IMG/VR virus record: IMGVR_UViG_3300044701_002822
Location: 1 to 64,000 of that record
Direction: 5' to 3' (one strand)
DNA length: 64,000 bases
Source: a virus
Shown one piece after another: positions 19,256-29,621 of the stretch; position 1 is the stretch's first letter; each line of letters begins with the position of its first letter. Both the position numbers and the translations under genes were made by a program. The notes under the pieces are model-generated. The model searched no databases. It was not told the DNA's origin and saw only the letters and a list, made by a program, of their open reading frames with translations.

Positions 19256-21088
19256 ATGGAATACTACGAAGGTGCATCTTATAAAATAAACATAGAAGGC
19301 TATGACAGCACATTAATTTTGGATGGCTATACCAGAACTCTTAAAGCTACCGTAATTGATCAAAATGACAACATTATGGTAGACCACGAAACTGGTACTC
19401 TATATGGAACGTTAGTAGGAAACATTGTTGACACTGATAATAACCTTATTTTTGATTCGGAAAGAAGAATCATTCATGCAGAGCAATTCAAAGGCAGTAT
19501 AGTCGACAAGCACGGTGACATAGTTTTTGACCATAATCAGACTACTTTTTCAGGAACATTCGTCGGCGACTTGCATGGCAATATCATGTCTGGCGAAACA
19601 GTTATTTACGATCGCGAAACACAAAGTATAAATGCAAACATCATTGGTAATTTGTTTTCAGCAGATGGCGGACTGTCTTATGATCACGACAGAAATATAT
19701 TTCAAGGAACCTTTGTAGGTAACTTTTTAGACCAAGACGGCAACCTGTTGTTTTCAAGCAGCGATACTACACAAAACTTTGGTGACAATGTATTAATGTA
19801 TTCAGATGGCACCATTGCATTAGATTTGCATACTAAAATTATCACAGGCAGTTTGTGGGGAAATATTGTTACACAAGAAGGTAATGTTCTGCTCAATGCA
19901 GAATCCGAAGGCTTTTACGGAAATGTACACGGCCATGTGTTTAGTCGAGATGGGGCAATATTGCTTGATGTTGATACAAAAACAATAACAGGCAATTTGA
20001 TTGGCGATATTTATAACGCAGATGGATTTTTAATATTTGACCACGAAACATTTGAACTTAGATCAAACGTAATGGGTAACATACTTGCTTCCGATGGCAG
20101 TATTATGGTTGATACACAAACAGGTGTTATAGTAGGTACAGTTGTAGGAAACGTATCAGGAAATATTGTAAATTCAGATATGATGACTGTATTTGACTCC
20201 GATAACGTAACTTTTGCTTTTCCAATTCGAGCTGATATTATCGGTTCAGTAACCGGTAATATATATGACATTGATGGTGATAAAATATTAGACGCAGATG
20301 AAAGAACGTTACAGATCAATTCAATTATTAGTAATTCAATATCTTCAAACTTCTTTGGTACCTTTATAGGCAATATTATAGACCCAGATGGTTTGGTTGT
20401 TTTAAATTCAGACTCAAATGAATTTTTAGGAACTGTAACCGGTCAATTAGAAGGAAATATCTTCAATAGCAGTGGCCAAATAGTATATAACTTTGAAGCA
20501 AAAGAGTTTAATCTTGATACAGTCAAAATTGTAGACCAATTGTTGTCGATAGATTATGAAAATAACTTGTTGAGTATTGGAAAAGCGTCTTCTAGTGTAC
20601 CATACAGCGGCGGTACTCTAGCAATATATTCAAACAAAGATATCACAGATGACTATGGTCCTTTGAGTATTTACGTTTCTAAAGACAATTCAAATTTAGG
20701 AGCTATTACTCTAGTAAAATCAAGAGGTACAATTGACCAACCTATGCCTGTACAACCAGGCGATAAGTTGAATGGCATATTATTTGGAGCACAATCAGGT
20801 TCATCATCCGAAACTATATGTGCAGTAGGTTCAATAGAATTTTCAGTAGAAGAAAATTCTGTTATTTCTGATTATAAAATTGCAGGACAATTTGATTTAC
20901 TATTATCCAACAGCAATGGCGAACTTGTAAACGTTTTGTCTGTAAACTCTGACGGATATTTAAAAACAAAGATCAAAGATCTAAGTATAGTAGGACAAAC
21001 TTCTAATACACCGACAAATAGTACTCCTAATAGATGGTTAGAAGTGCTAGTAAATGGTATTACACAGTATATTCCTCTATATTCATAA
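19256..21088 (+). CDS. Putative virion structural / tail-fibre-like protein with ~22-aa Gly/Asn/Asp repeats
   Basis: Many G-x-x-x-GN-I-x-x-x-DG-x-x-x-x-D repeats. KSRGT..QP..VQPGD.L.GI.FG and terminal TP..WLEV.VNG...YIPLYS resemble large-phage fibre proteins. Has a late-type promoter. Confidence 0.65.
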   Translation: MEYYEGASYKINIEGYDSTLILDGYTRTLKATVIDQNDNIMVDHETGTLYGTLVGNIVDTDNNLIFDSERRIIHAEQFKGSIVDKHGDIVFDHNQTTFSGTFVGDLHGNIMSGETVIYDRETQSINANIIGNLFSADGGLSYDHDRNIFQGTFVGNFLDQDGNLLFSSSDTTQNFGDNVLMYSDGTIALDLHTKIITGSLWGNIVTQEGNVLLNAESEGFYGNVHGHVFSRDGAILLDVDTKTITGNLIGDIYNADGFLIFDHETFELRSNVMGNILASDGSIMVDTQTGVIVGTVVGNVSGNIVNSDMMTVFDSDNVTFAFPIRADIIGSVTGNIYDIDGDKILDADERTLQINSIISNSISSNFFGTFIGNIIDPDGLVVLNSDSNEFLGTVTGQLEGNIFNSSGQIVYNFEAKEFNLDTVKIVDQLLSIDYENNLLSIGKASSSVPYSGGTLAIYSNKDITDDYGPLSIYVSKDNSNLGAITLVKSRGTIDQPMPVQPGDKLNGILFGAQSGSSSETICAVGSIEFSVEENSVISDYKIAGQFDLLLSNSNGELVNVLSVNSDGYLKTKIKDLSIVGQTSNTPTNSTPNRWLEVLVNGITQYIPLYS

Positions 21089-22973
21089 TAGACGTGTGAT
21101 TATGTTTTTTTGTAATATTTGTAATCAAATTAGTGCCAAATCCTGATCTGTTAAGAAAATGTAACTTTGATCTAAAATCATAAAAATCATCCCAACTTTT
21201 TAGTGGTTCAAATGTATATTCAACAAACATGTTAACTAGGCTGTCTTCAAACATAATATATTCGTATATATTGTATCTAAAATTGTATTTTTCAAGATTT
21301 GGTCTATTATAATCAACTGAAAACATTTTATTAAATAACATAACATCTTCTTCTAAGGCATTGTTAACATTGTCAAAATACTTGCTTGCCCATTCAGCAA
21401 TGGCTGCTTCTACTCCGGATCTATTTTGATGCAGCTCGAATTGATTGTCATACAATACTACATCGTCTCTAGCTTCGCCGCCATTAGATGTTTTGTATTC
21501 AACTTGATCCCAGAAGAATGCTTTGTAAGCTTCTTCGTGTGACTTGTAGATTTTATTTAAAACAGGATTAGTTTGAATAAACTGTTTTAGATCTTCGTAC
21601 AGATCAAGATAACTAATGCCCTTGTATTTGTGCAAAAATCTTGCAATAATCTGTGTCCAACCATAGTTGTGAAAATTTACAAGAATCCAAGAAAACATCC
21701 ACGATTCTAACATCTCTTCTTTGCTCATATACTTGGTTTCAACTACAAGTCTACTGATCTCAGGAATACGTGTAGGTTGTCCGCCTTCAATGTGTGGAAC
21801 AGTTCTTGTTACTATTCCGTGCTTGTCTATTTGGTCTGCTAATGGTGAATTTCTAAGAACGTCAAGTGGATATATTTCCAATGATTTATGAAGTCCTAAA
21901 GTTAGTGCTTTATCTAAGCCAGTTTTCCAAGATGCAACAGTTTCTTTAGGTAACCCTAATATTAACTCAGTAAAATATGATATTCTATTTACATTACACT
22001 CATGGAAAATTTCGCTGATATCATTTATGCCTAAATTTCTTCTTTCAATTTCAACCAATACGTCATTGTCTAGAGATTGTAAACTAAGAGTAAAGCCTCT
22101 AAAAATTCCTCCTTCGTTTAATACTTTAGCAATGTCTAACAGTTGTTTAGTACTGTTTTTATACCAGTTGATAATTATACCATTTGGATATCCATATTTC
22201 TTTTTACATTTTACTATGTGTTTGGCTATAGCTAAATCTCTTTCGTAAAAGACACCAAAATTAGCATCTCCTACTGATACAAAATCGATTTTATTCTTTG
22301 CCATCCACTCAATCTCATTGAACACTCTGTCGTCGTGCATTTTTTTAATTTTACTAAATGTCATGCTACCCCAATCACAGAATGTACATTTAAACGGACA
22401 ACCTCGATTGGTTTCAATAGTTGTAGCCCAAACAAACTCTGGATGCTTTTTCATTACAATTTCATAAACGTTTGATTCATACATTGGACTAGGCAAAACG
22501 CTTGTTTCTAATCTAGGACTACGTGGATAAGTAGGTTTAACTTTACCTGTTTCATTTATATCACGTAGCATTTTAAGTAATATTTCTTCACCTTCTCCGT
22601 AATGAGCACTATCTATAAACTTGTGCTGTTCAAGATATTCTTCACAATGTTTGTCAACTTGATTTCCACCATATATAATAATGCAGTTAGGAAAACGCTC
22701 TTTGATTAATTTTGACAAAATTAGACAAAAATTTTCATTCCACACTTGTACACTAAACAAGCACACATCCGGATCTACTAATTCTTTTACAATATCTGCA
22801 GGTTCATTTCTTACAACATATACATCTATTAGTTCAAAGTTATTGTGTATGTCTTGATGTTGTACTGCATATGTCCAAACCGAAGATAGACTAAAAGGCA
22901 GCCAATGACTAGTAAAGTTCTTTCCAAAACCTGCCTGATAATTTGGTTGGAACAAATAAACTCTTTTCTTCAT
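21060..22973 (-). CDS. Cobalamin-binding radical SAM protein
   Basis: IIYGG, GEGEE, ETNRGCPFKCTFCDWG, DANFG, LGLPKET. Confidence 0.9.
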   Translation of the reverse strand: MKKRVYLFQPNYQAGFGKNFTSHWLPFSLSSVWTYAVQHQDIHNNFELIDVYVVRNEPADIVKELVDPDVCLFSVQVWNENFCLILSKLIKERFPNCIIIYGGNQVDKHCEEYLEQHKFIDSAHYGEGEEILLKMLRDINETGKVKPTYPRSPRLETSVLPSPMYESNVYEIVMKKHPEFVWATTIETNRGCPFKCTFCDWGSMTFSKIKKMHDDRVFNEIEWMAKNKIDFVSVGDANFGVFYERDLAIAKHIVKCKKKYGYPNGIIINWYKNSTKQLLDIAKVLNEGGIFRGFTLSLQSLDNDVLVEIERRNLGINDISEIFHECNVNRISYFTELILGLPKETVASWKTGLDKALTLGLHKSLEIYPLDVLRNSPLADQIDKHGIVTRTVPHIEGGQPTRIPEISRLVVETKYMSKEEMLESWMFSWILVNFHNYGWTQIIARFLHKYKGISYLDLYEDLKQFIQTNPVLNKIYKSHEEAYKAFFWDQVEYKTSNGGEARDDVVLYDNQFELHQNRSGVEAAIAEWASKYFDNVNNALEEDVMLFNKMFSVDYNRPNLEKYNFRYNIYEYIMFEDSLVNMFVEYTFEPLKSWDDFYDFRSKLHFLNRSGFGTNLITNITKKHNHTSIMNIEEYTV

Positions 22974-23620
22974 TATTTGTCCTCAAACAAAAATTCTGTG
23001 CTGTTATAAAATCTAAATGTTGCAACATTTCTCATTTCGTTTGTTGGATTATACACCCCATGAGGAACATTGACTCTCAAAACGGCTGGTTTGTCTAAAA
23101 CCAATCTTGCTACTTCTGTAACCGAATTAGGATCTACACCGCCACAAAAATAAAAATTAGGATAATAGCAATACTTTGGAGTCTCATCATTTATCTTATA
23201 AAATAGTGTTTCACTGTTTTCACAATTTTCTAGAGGAATATTAATTGCGTTTGTTGGCTCAAATTGAGTTTCTTCCCAGTCTTCTTCGTCCTTGGCATCT
23301 ATGTGTATAAAAACACAATCTTTATCCAGTGGGTCTTTAACCTCAATTTTGTTTGGAGCATTTACAAAATAAATTAGTTGGTGAACATCTAATCCCATTG
23401 ACTTAAATGTTGCATATAAATCTGGCAATTCTTTTTCTATTGTATCTTCAAAAAAACAATACCAGCTCACGTGGACTTCTTGTCCTTGTGGCGTCATTTT
23501 AGAGTATTCTTTAGTTAATTCATCCGGCGGTGGATTGTTATTTCTAAAATTTATTAGATCTGCTTGATGTTTTTTCCAATTAGGAATATCAAGATAATTA
23601 TAATATTTTTTATAAGACAT
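22973..23620 (-). CDS. Putative 2OG-Fe(II) oxygenase-like protein
   Basis: FIHID (HxD), NIPL, VPHGV...R. Start taken at ATG 23620 (track gives 23695). Confidence 0.6.
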   Translation of the reverse strand: MSYKKYYNYLDIPNWKKHQADLINFRNNNPPPDELTKEYSKMTPQGQEVHVSWYCFFEDTIEKELPDLYATFKSMGLDVHQLIYFVNAPNKIEVKDPLDKDCVFIHIDAKDEEDWEETQFEPTNAINIPLENCENSETLFYKINDETPKYCYYPNFYFCGGVDPNSVTEVARLVLDKPAVLRVNVPHGVYNPTNEMRNVATFRFYNSTEFLFEDK

Positions 23621-24818
23621 CTTCTTCCTTTGGTATTTGAATATATTTACCGAAATCGTAAGGCACAATAAATTTTCTGGCACTATCGTCAACACAAATG
23701 TTATTTAAAAAGTCAATTAAGTCAAGATGCTGTTGTTCAATTTTTTTACATATATTAAAATTGTGTTCAACTCCATCTCTTATTTTACTTTGATTTTTGT
23801 TAGCATTTTTTAAAAAATATTCTACGTTAGTAGCAACTGCACAATTTTTTTCATCCCAGTTGTCTATTTTATAATAATCCGGTATAGCAAAAAACTCTTC
23901 AAACGTACAAAATCCTAGACTTTTTACATATTCAATTCTATCTTTGTGATCAGCTAAAATAAAAGGAAGTCGATTTCTCATAGGTTTGAATAATCCTTGC
24001 GTTAAGTATTTCCAATTTGCATGAGGAGGATACGCCCATCCTTCGGTTATGACATCAATTGATACTTGGGCATATTCTTCATACGGCGATGATACCATCA
24101 AGAGTGCAGCAGGTCCATCCCAAACTTTATTATCCACAATTTGTTTACCGGTCATATCTGCATAACCTCTGTAAGCACCAGTATTCTCGTCGTGATTGTT
24201 AATTGTGTCTTTTAAAAACTTTCTATAATCCTCATCGGAGTATTCTTTAAAATAATTTCTAACATATTCTTTGTCACGTTCCGATTTTAATGAATAAAAA
24301 CTATATAAAGAGTTTTTTAACATATCTTTTTCGTAAAATGCTTTAAGCAATCCAATCCTATTTGGACGACTTATTTCACCTGTAAAAAACATAAATTTAC
24401 CAGTATCAGGATTCCATTCATGTTGAGAATACTCTAAACCATTATTTCTGCGAGAGTCCACAGATTTGATCATTTCTAATCCATAATGCATTTTTAATAA
24501 TTTAACATCTATGTTTCTATTTTCAAATTCTTTGTCAAAGTCATGTGCTTGACCTAATAATAGATAGGTTGTATTAATATTGATTTTTTTAAATTCTGCT
24601 ATTAAATCTTTTAACCAATCATAAAAAATATCATTATCTTTGTATGCCATTCCATCAATTAACATCAATCCTACTACTGTATCAATATTGTAATTTTTTT
24701 GATATTCTTTAACTTGCTTTAATATAAGCTTCCTATGAAACTCATACATTTCTATATCAGTATAAGTTTTGTCTGAGTATATCCACCATAACTCAAACTT
24801 TATTATAGCTGCTTTCAT
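23610..24818 (-). CDS. Putative glycosyltransferase-like protein (family of 46368, 48375, 52662)
   Basis: RPNR, VITE, LTQ..FKP...LPFI...LGFCTF motifs shared with three paralogues. Confidence 0.5.
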   Translation of the reverse strand: MKAAIIKFELWWIYSDKTYTDIEMYEFHRKLILKQVKEYQKNYNIDTVVGLMLIDGMAYKDNDIFYDWLKDLIAEFKKININTTYLLLGQAHDFDKEFENRNIDVKLLKMHYGLEMIKSVDSRRNNGLEYSQHEWNPDTGKFMFFTGEISRPNRIGLLKAFYEKDMLKNSLYSFYSLKSERDKEYVRNYFKEYSDEDYRKFLKDTINNHDENTGAYRGYADMTGKQIVDNKVWDGPAALLMVSSPYEEYAQVSIDVITEGWAYPPHANWKYLTQGLFKPMRNRLPFILADHKDRIEYVKSLGFCTFEEFFAIPDYYKIDNWDEKNCAVATNVEYFLKNANKNQSKIRDGVEHNFNICKKIEQQHLDLIDFLNNICVDDSARKFIVPYDFGKYIQIPKEEDVL

Positions 24819-25957
24819 TGATTCTTATCCCATATCATATCCATAAAGTTGTTCCAATATTCTTTTGCATCGTCAAGTGTTTTATTTACTTTATATGATT
24901 TTATATAGTTATACAACCATGGATTGGCATTTTTAATGCTTTCTTTTCGTATAACATCCAGTTCTTGAGTGTAATGTACAAAATAATCAAACAAATTTTC
25001 ACCAGGTTCGTTTAACCATTGCAAAACTTTTTTGTTTGTTATATTGTTATTAATATACAACTTAAAATTGTCAGGTGTATTTTGTATGTTTAGCTCTCTT
25101 GGATAAGTCACAAAGTTTTCATTAAACACAAACTTAGGATAGTTTTTTCTATAGTACGATTGTATATTATCAATCTCATTTGCATTGTAAACATTTATGG
25201 TACAGTTTATTGTAACAGAGATTGTCTCATTAATAATACTATGATAATAATCTAATACCGATTTAACTTTATTAAACTCCGCATTTTTTCTGATATAATT
25301 AAACAGTTTATCAGTACCATCTAAACTGACTGTTAACGCAACTGTTTTAAATCTTTGTATATATTTTTTTATTTTTTTAGTCGGCATTATTGTAGCATTA
25401 GTTGTCATCCATAATTCTATGTTTTCAATAGTATTTTCGTTGTCTAATCTATCTAGCATAGGTTCAAACTTCGGACTGTACAATGGCTCGCCGCCTTGAA
25501 AAACAATTCGTTGTAAATTATGTAAATTAACTGTATCAGTTAAAGTGTTTTTTAAATATTTTGTAGGTGATAATGTTCGGCCATACAATAGCTTTTCATC
25601 TGCATACCAATTGTGACTATAACCACTAGTACACATTCTGCATTTAAGATTACAAATATTATCTAACATAAAATCAAGTACAATGAGCTTTGGTTCTGTA
25701 ACAATACCAAATTCTTCATTTGCTTGTTGTCGTTCACTAATTAAGCCTGCTGCTTCTTTATTGTAACAGCTTTCACAACCTGATATACATTTACCTTGTA
25801 GCATATCTTGTCGAATATTATTCATCCATTCACTATCAAAAAAATTTTCAACAGAATCTGTTTGCGGAGGTTCTAAAAAGTTACAACATGGCATAACTTG
25901 ATTAAAATTTGCTACATACAAATTAACAAACGGATACGCACAATAAGTCTTATTCAT
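24815..25957 (-). CDS. Radical SAM protein with N-terminal twitch-like domain
   Basis: YCAYPF...PCC...CESCY; CNLKCRMC; QGGEP; SLDG. Confidence 0.92.
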   Translation of the reverse strand: MNKTYCAYPFVNLYVANFNQVMPCCNFLEPPQTDSVENFFDSEWMNNIRQDMLQGKCISGCESCYNKEAAGLISERQQANEEFGIVTEPKLIVLDFMLDNICNLKCRMCTSGYSHNWYADEKLLYGRTLSPTKYLKNTLTDTVNLHNLQRIVFQGGEPLYSPKFEPMLDRLDNENTIENIELWMTTNATIMPTKKIKKYIQRFKTVALTVSLDGTDKLFNYIRKNAEFNKVKSVLDYYHSIINETISVTINCTINVYNANEIDNIQSYYRKNYPKFVFNENFVTYPRELNIQNTPDNFKLYINNNITNKKVLQWLNEPGENLFDYFVHYTQELDVIRKESIKNANPWLYNYIKSYKVNKTLDDAKEYWNNFMDMIWDKNQ

Positions 25958-26432
25958 ATGCTGTTACCTGTAACACTACTCTCGGTGAATGGCTAATGTT
26001 TGCTGCACCATGAATATCTTGACTATTGTAGTACTCATAAGCTTCATAAGCTAGATAATTCGTTATCATTTTATCTTTGTAAATAAAAACATGTCCAGGT
26101 TCATAGTCTTGTAACGGAACCCATAATCTCTTACAATTAGCATCATGAGTGTGAGGATCGGTATGCATAGGCATAAACTGTCCAGGATATAATTTAGTGA
26201 TCCACCAGTGATACTTTTTAAAGGGTAAGTCAAGTTTTCCTAACTGAGCTTCTTCATACACCCACCAATGTATTGCATGTAAATCATATCCAGCTTCTTT
26301 TGCTCTACGATATTCGGCACTTTCAACTGCTGTTGCTGCTGGCCAATCTCTAGGTCTAGCTTGTCCTACTGTATCAAGAACACGCTGTCTTAAATTTGCA
26401 GGAATTAATTCTTTCCAATTGTCAATATACAT
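25950..26432 (-). CDS. AspH-like (Asp/Asn beta-hydroxylase family) 2OG-Fe(II) oxygenase
   Basis: PGQFMPMHTD, GHVF, HGAAN....R. Confidence 0.7.
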   Translation of the reverse strand: MYIDNWKELIPANLRQRVLDTVGQARPRDWPAATAVESAEYRRAKEAGYDLHAIHWWVYEEAQLGKLDLPFKKYHWWITKLYPGQFMPMHTDPHTHDANCKRLWVPLQDYEPGHVFIYKDKMITNYLAYEAYEYYNSQDIHGAANISHSPRVVLQVTAYE

Positions 26433-27237
26433 CAAGATGTTCTATTCCTAATGTTTTTCTAAACTCATTGCTAAATTTGCAGTCAATGCGAAGCCCGTAT
26501 TCAATTTCTTTTGATTCTTCGCCGCCGTGCCAATCCTGATCATTCCAAAATGCAGCATTAGCGTTTATATAATGTTTATTTTCTGTTTCTGGATCCCAAA
26601 TATAAAATCCACGCTTGGTTCTATATCTTATGTGTATAAATTCATTGTTATGACGAGAATATTGTTTGTCATCTAATATACCGTTACGTGCATCTAAGTC
26701 TCTATGCTCAAATGCTCTACCATTATGATCGCAATGAAAAAATATCACTCGTCCAATTCTATCGATGATACCACTGTGTTGCAAATCTTCAACCCAGTTA
26801 ACAACACCAGGAAAGTATTTTGATTCTTCAGTTTTTTGACGTTCAGCATTTCGTAAGTTCCAATCACCCTGTTCCCAGAGGAAATAATATATGTATGGGT
26901 CATTGGCACCCATTACAGTTTTTAAATATCTAGTAAAGATATTACGGTTTCTAAAATCTTTTAAATCTGTAAAATACATAGGATCGCCTGTGACACGTAT
27001 AGGATGTGTTTCCGGTAATGCTAAATATTCTTCGACTGCCTTGTAAATAGGTTTCCAGTTCATAATATAACTAGCATCGTGCCAATCAAATCCAGGAGCC
27101 ATCCAAGTGCCTTCTTTTGCATAATCTCTTGCTAATGAAAATCCCTTTGCAATTTCAGGATGCAATTCTCTAAACTTACTTATAGGCAAATATGGATCTA
27201 AATTTATATAAGGTTTACCACCAATTCCTCTAATCAT
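26422..27237 (-). CDS. Putative 2OG-Fe(II) oxygenase-like protein
   Basis: FEHRD (HxD), WNDQDWHG, LRID. Start taken at ATG 27237 from promoter spacing. Confidence 0.55.
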   Translation of the reverse strand: MIRGIGGKPYINLDPYLPISKFRELHPEIAKGFSLARDYAKEGTWMAPGFDWHDASYIMNWKPIYKAVEEYLALPETHPIRVTGDPMYFTDLKDFRNRNIFTRYLKTVMGANDPYIYYFLWEQGDWNLRNAERQKTEESKYFPGVVNWVEDLQHSGIIDRIGRVIFFHCDHNGRAFEHRDLDARNGILDDKQYSRHNNEFIHIRYRTKRGFYIWDPETENKHYINANAAFWNDQDWHGGEESKEIEYGLRIDCKFSNEFRKTLGIEHLDVY

Positions 27238-27269
27238 ACACATACTTAGCCGATAAGTATGTGTATGAT
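27233..27269. repeat. Perfect 16-bp inverted repeat encoding two divergent TAAGTA-TGTGT-ATG promoter/start units
   Basis: ATCATACACATACTTA (27233-27248), GCCGA spacer, TAAGTATGTGTATGAT (27254-27269). Confidence 0.9.
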
Positions 27270-27837
27270 GGATTTTCTTGGGACACTACTTATAATTGCT
27301 GCAAAATATTATTACAAAGTTGTACACTTTTTTAATAAAAAATTAGCAGTCAATATTGATTATAAAAAATACTACAAAGACAACAATATAACAAAAATAA
27401 TTAACAGTTTACATTCTAAAAAAGCAAATATAATAAATGAATTCGATTTATCATCATACGTTTATATAAAAATGTGGAATTCTCGTGTTATAGATTTATT
27501 AGATGGTGACGAAAAAGTGTATAAAACATTTCAAAAAGAAATTGCAATGTTAGAAAAACTTCCAAACATAGAACGAGCATTGTATATGTTTGTTGATCCT
27601 AATTCTGATATAACCGAGCACCTTGACGACGATGATAAAACAACTTACCGTATATTAATAGGAGTTTGTGGCGAAGGAGAATTTTCTAATGTCAGCAAAA
27701 AACAAACAAATGTTTTAACTAAAGGAAAATCTATTGGAGTTGATGTAGAAGTTGAACTACACAAAGGTAAAAACTATACTAACAATCTTTGGTCAGTGCT
27801 GATCGTTTGTATCTCGAAAGAATCATACCGTGTTTGA
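27265..27837 (+). CDS. AspH-like 2OG-Fe(II) oxygenase with hydrophobic N-terminus
   Basis: PNSDITEHLD, YRILIG, LHKGKN. Confidence 0.6.
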   Translation: MMDFLGTLLIIAAKYYYKVVHFFNKKLAVNIDYKKYYKDNNITKIINSLHSKKANIINEFDLSSYVYIKMWNSRVIDLLDGDEKVYKTFQKEIAMLEKLPNIERALYMFVDPNSDITEHLDDDDKTTYRILIGVCGEGEFSNVSKKQTNVLTKGKSIGVDVEVELHKGKNYTNNLWSVLIVCISKESYRV

Positions 27838-28504
27838 GTACTATTATAATAATGTACCAGGAAAAGGATTGTGCAGAAACAATCTTATCTACACAAGTTT
27901 AATTTCACGAGATCGAAAGACTTTTTGTCAGTGGTATTACAACGACGAAAACTATCACGGCGGGCACAACGAAGTTGTTGATCCACGGTTAATGGAAGAA
28001 AAATGGCATAGAGAAATTAAATTTTTAACTATTATGTCCAGACATTATCCCCAGCATGTTCCGACAATTGACACTGTAGATCACATAAACAAAAAAATAT
28101 ACTTTGATATAGATGGAGCAGATTTTTGGGAATTGTCCGGATGTAACAAAAACAATTTCGATAGTGTTTTACCCAATTGGCGAGAACAAATGCTAGATAT
28201 TTTGAAGTCACATCAAAACTTGGGCATTTACAAATATAGTTTGCATCCTAGCAGTTATTTTATTGTAAATGGAAAACTAAAAAGTATCAATTATTTTTTT
28301 GCATATGATGGCAACGATAAACCTATCAGTCTTAAAAGTGTGTTGAGTCATATAAGTGAAAATAGGCGTAATCTGTTGTTTCCGCAGATGGAACAAATGG
28401 GAATCAACTTGTACATGTCAACAGAATTTAAAGTTATTCAAAAGTTAGCATATCGCAGTTTTGCCACAGATTATCCAGAAGGGTTGTTTGATGAGTTATT
28501 GTAG
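27830..28504 (+). CDS. Protein-kinase-like fold protein with atypical catalytic loop
   Basis: NLIY..LIS.D.KTFC, REIKFL, VP.IDTVD, LGIYKYSLHPSSY, KSINYF. Paralogues at 33404 and 54730. Confidence 0.5.
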   Translation: MFEYYYNNVPGKGLCRNNLIYTSLISRDRKTFCQWYYNDENYHGGHNEVVDPRLMEEKWHREIKFLTIMSRHYPQHVPTIDTVDHINKKIYFDIDGADFWELSGCNKNNFDSVLPNWREQMLDILKSHQNLGIYKYSLHPSSYFIVNGKLKSINYFFAYDGNDKPISLKSVLSHISENRRNLLFPQMEQMGINLYMSTEFKVIQKLAYRSFATDYPEGLFDELL

Positions 28505-29621
28505 TATGCTGTACAGAGAACTAACAGTTGCAACTGGTAACAAATTGCTTCCATGTTGTTTATACAAAGAAGATATCGACGTTGTTGGATCTGTGAAAGA
28601 AACATTTTATCACGGGGAGTTCGAAACACTAAGACAACGTATGCTTTCAGGAGAACGTATAAGTGCATGTGAGCAATGCTATGATAAAGAAGCACTAGGG
28701 CTATCATCTCTTAGAACAGAATCAAATACCAAATGGAACAATCCTCAAAACGTTAAACTAAAAGTATTAGAATTAGAGTTTGATAATATTTGTAATTTAA
28801 AATGCAGAAGCTGTAATAGTGTTCACAGTCATCAGTGGTACAATGACGAAAACAAAATATTTGGAACATCACTGCTTGGCAAAAAGCATAGACAGATTGA
28901 CGATTATTTGAGTCTTGATTTATCCGAGATAGAAACACTAAAGTTTTACGGCGGCGAACCTTTTTATTCACCAATGTGCAAAGAGTTTTGTACACATCTT
29001 AAAAAAAGTACAGATGTTTCTCGATTAGAAATTGTTACATTTTCAAATTGCACTGTTTTACCATCCGACGAAATTTATACAATATTAAAAGAATGCAAGT
29101 CTTTGTACATGATTTTAAGCATCGATGGCTATGGAAATTTTAACGATTATTTTAGACACGGATCTAAATGGGACAAGATTGTCGAAAGTTTAAATTTTTA
29201 TACAGATTTGTTAAAAATTAGATCGGGCGAAACAGAGTTACTAGTAAACACAACTGTTAGTGTTTATAATGCTAACTTATTACAAGAATTTGATAGTTTT
29301 ATGATTAAACACTATCCACATATTAAATTGCAAAAAAGTGCGTTAACTTATCCAGAATATCTTTCGATTGCAAATTTACCAAAAGAATATAAAGTAAAAT
29401 TAGAATCATATTTACAAAGTTATCCTGATATACTAACTTACATGAATCAAGAAGGAAATAGTAAAATGTTTGATTACTTTTTGTATTTTCATCATTCATT
29501 AGATCAATTACGAAATGAAAAATTAGAAAACAATTTGCTAAACGATTTTATAAAACTTTATAACTGTAATATAACAAAAGAAGATATGAAAGTGTTAATT
29601 GAATCTTATGTACAAAATTAA
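28491..29621 (+). CDS. Radical SAM protein with N-terminal twitch-like domain
   Basis: YC...PCC...CEQCY; CNLKCRSC; YGGEP; SIDG. Confidence 0.92.
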   Translation: MSYCSMLYRELTVATGNKLLPCCLYKEDIDVVGSVKETFYHGEFETLRQRMLSGERISACEQCYDKEALGLSSLRTESNTKWNNPQNVKLKVLELEFDNICNLKCRSCNSVHSHQWYNDENKIFGTSLLGKKHRQIDDYLSLDLSEIETLKFYGGEPFYSPMCKEFCTHLKKSTDVSRLEIVTFSNCTVLPSDEIYTILKECKSLYMILSIDGYGNFNDYFRHGSKWDKIVESLNFYTDLLKIRSGETELLVNTTVSVYNANLLQEFDSFMIKHYPHIKLQKSALTYPEYLSIANLPKEYKVKLESYLQSYPDILTYMNQEGNSKMFDYFLYFHHSLDQLRNEKLENNLLNDFIKLYNCNITKEDMKVLIESYVQN

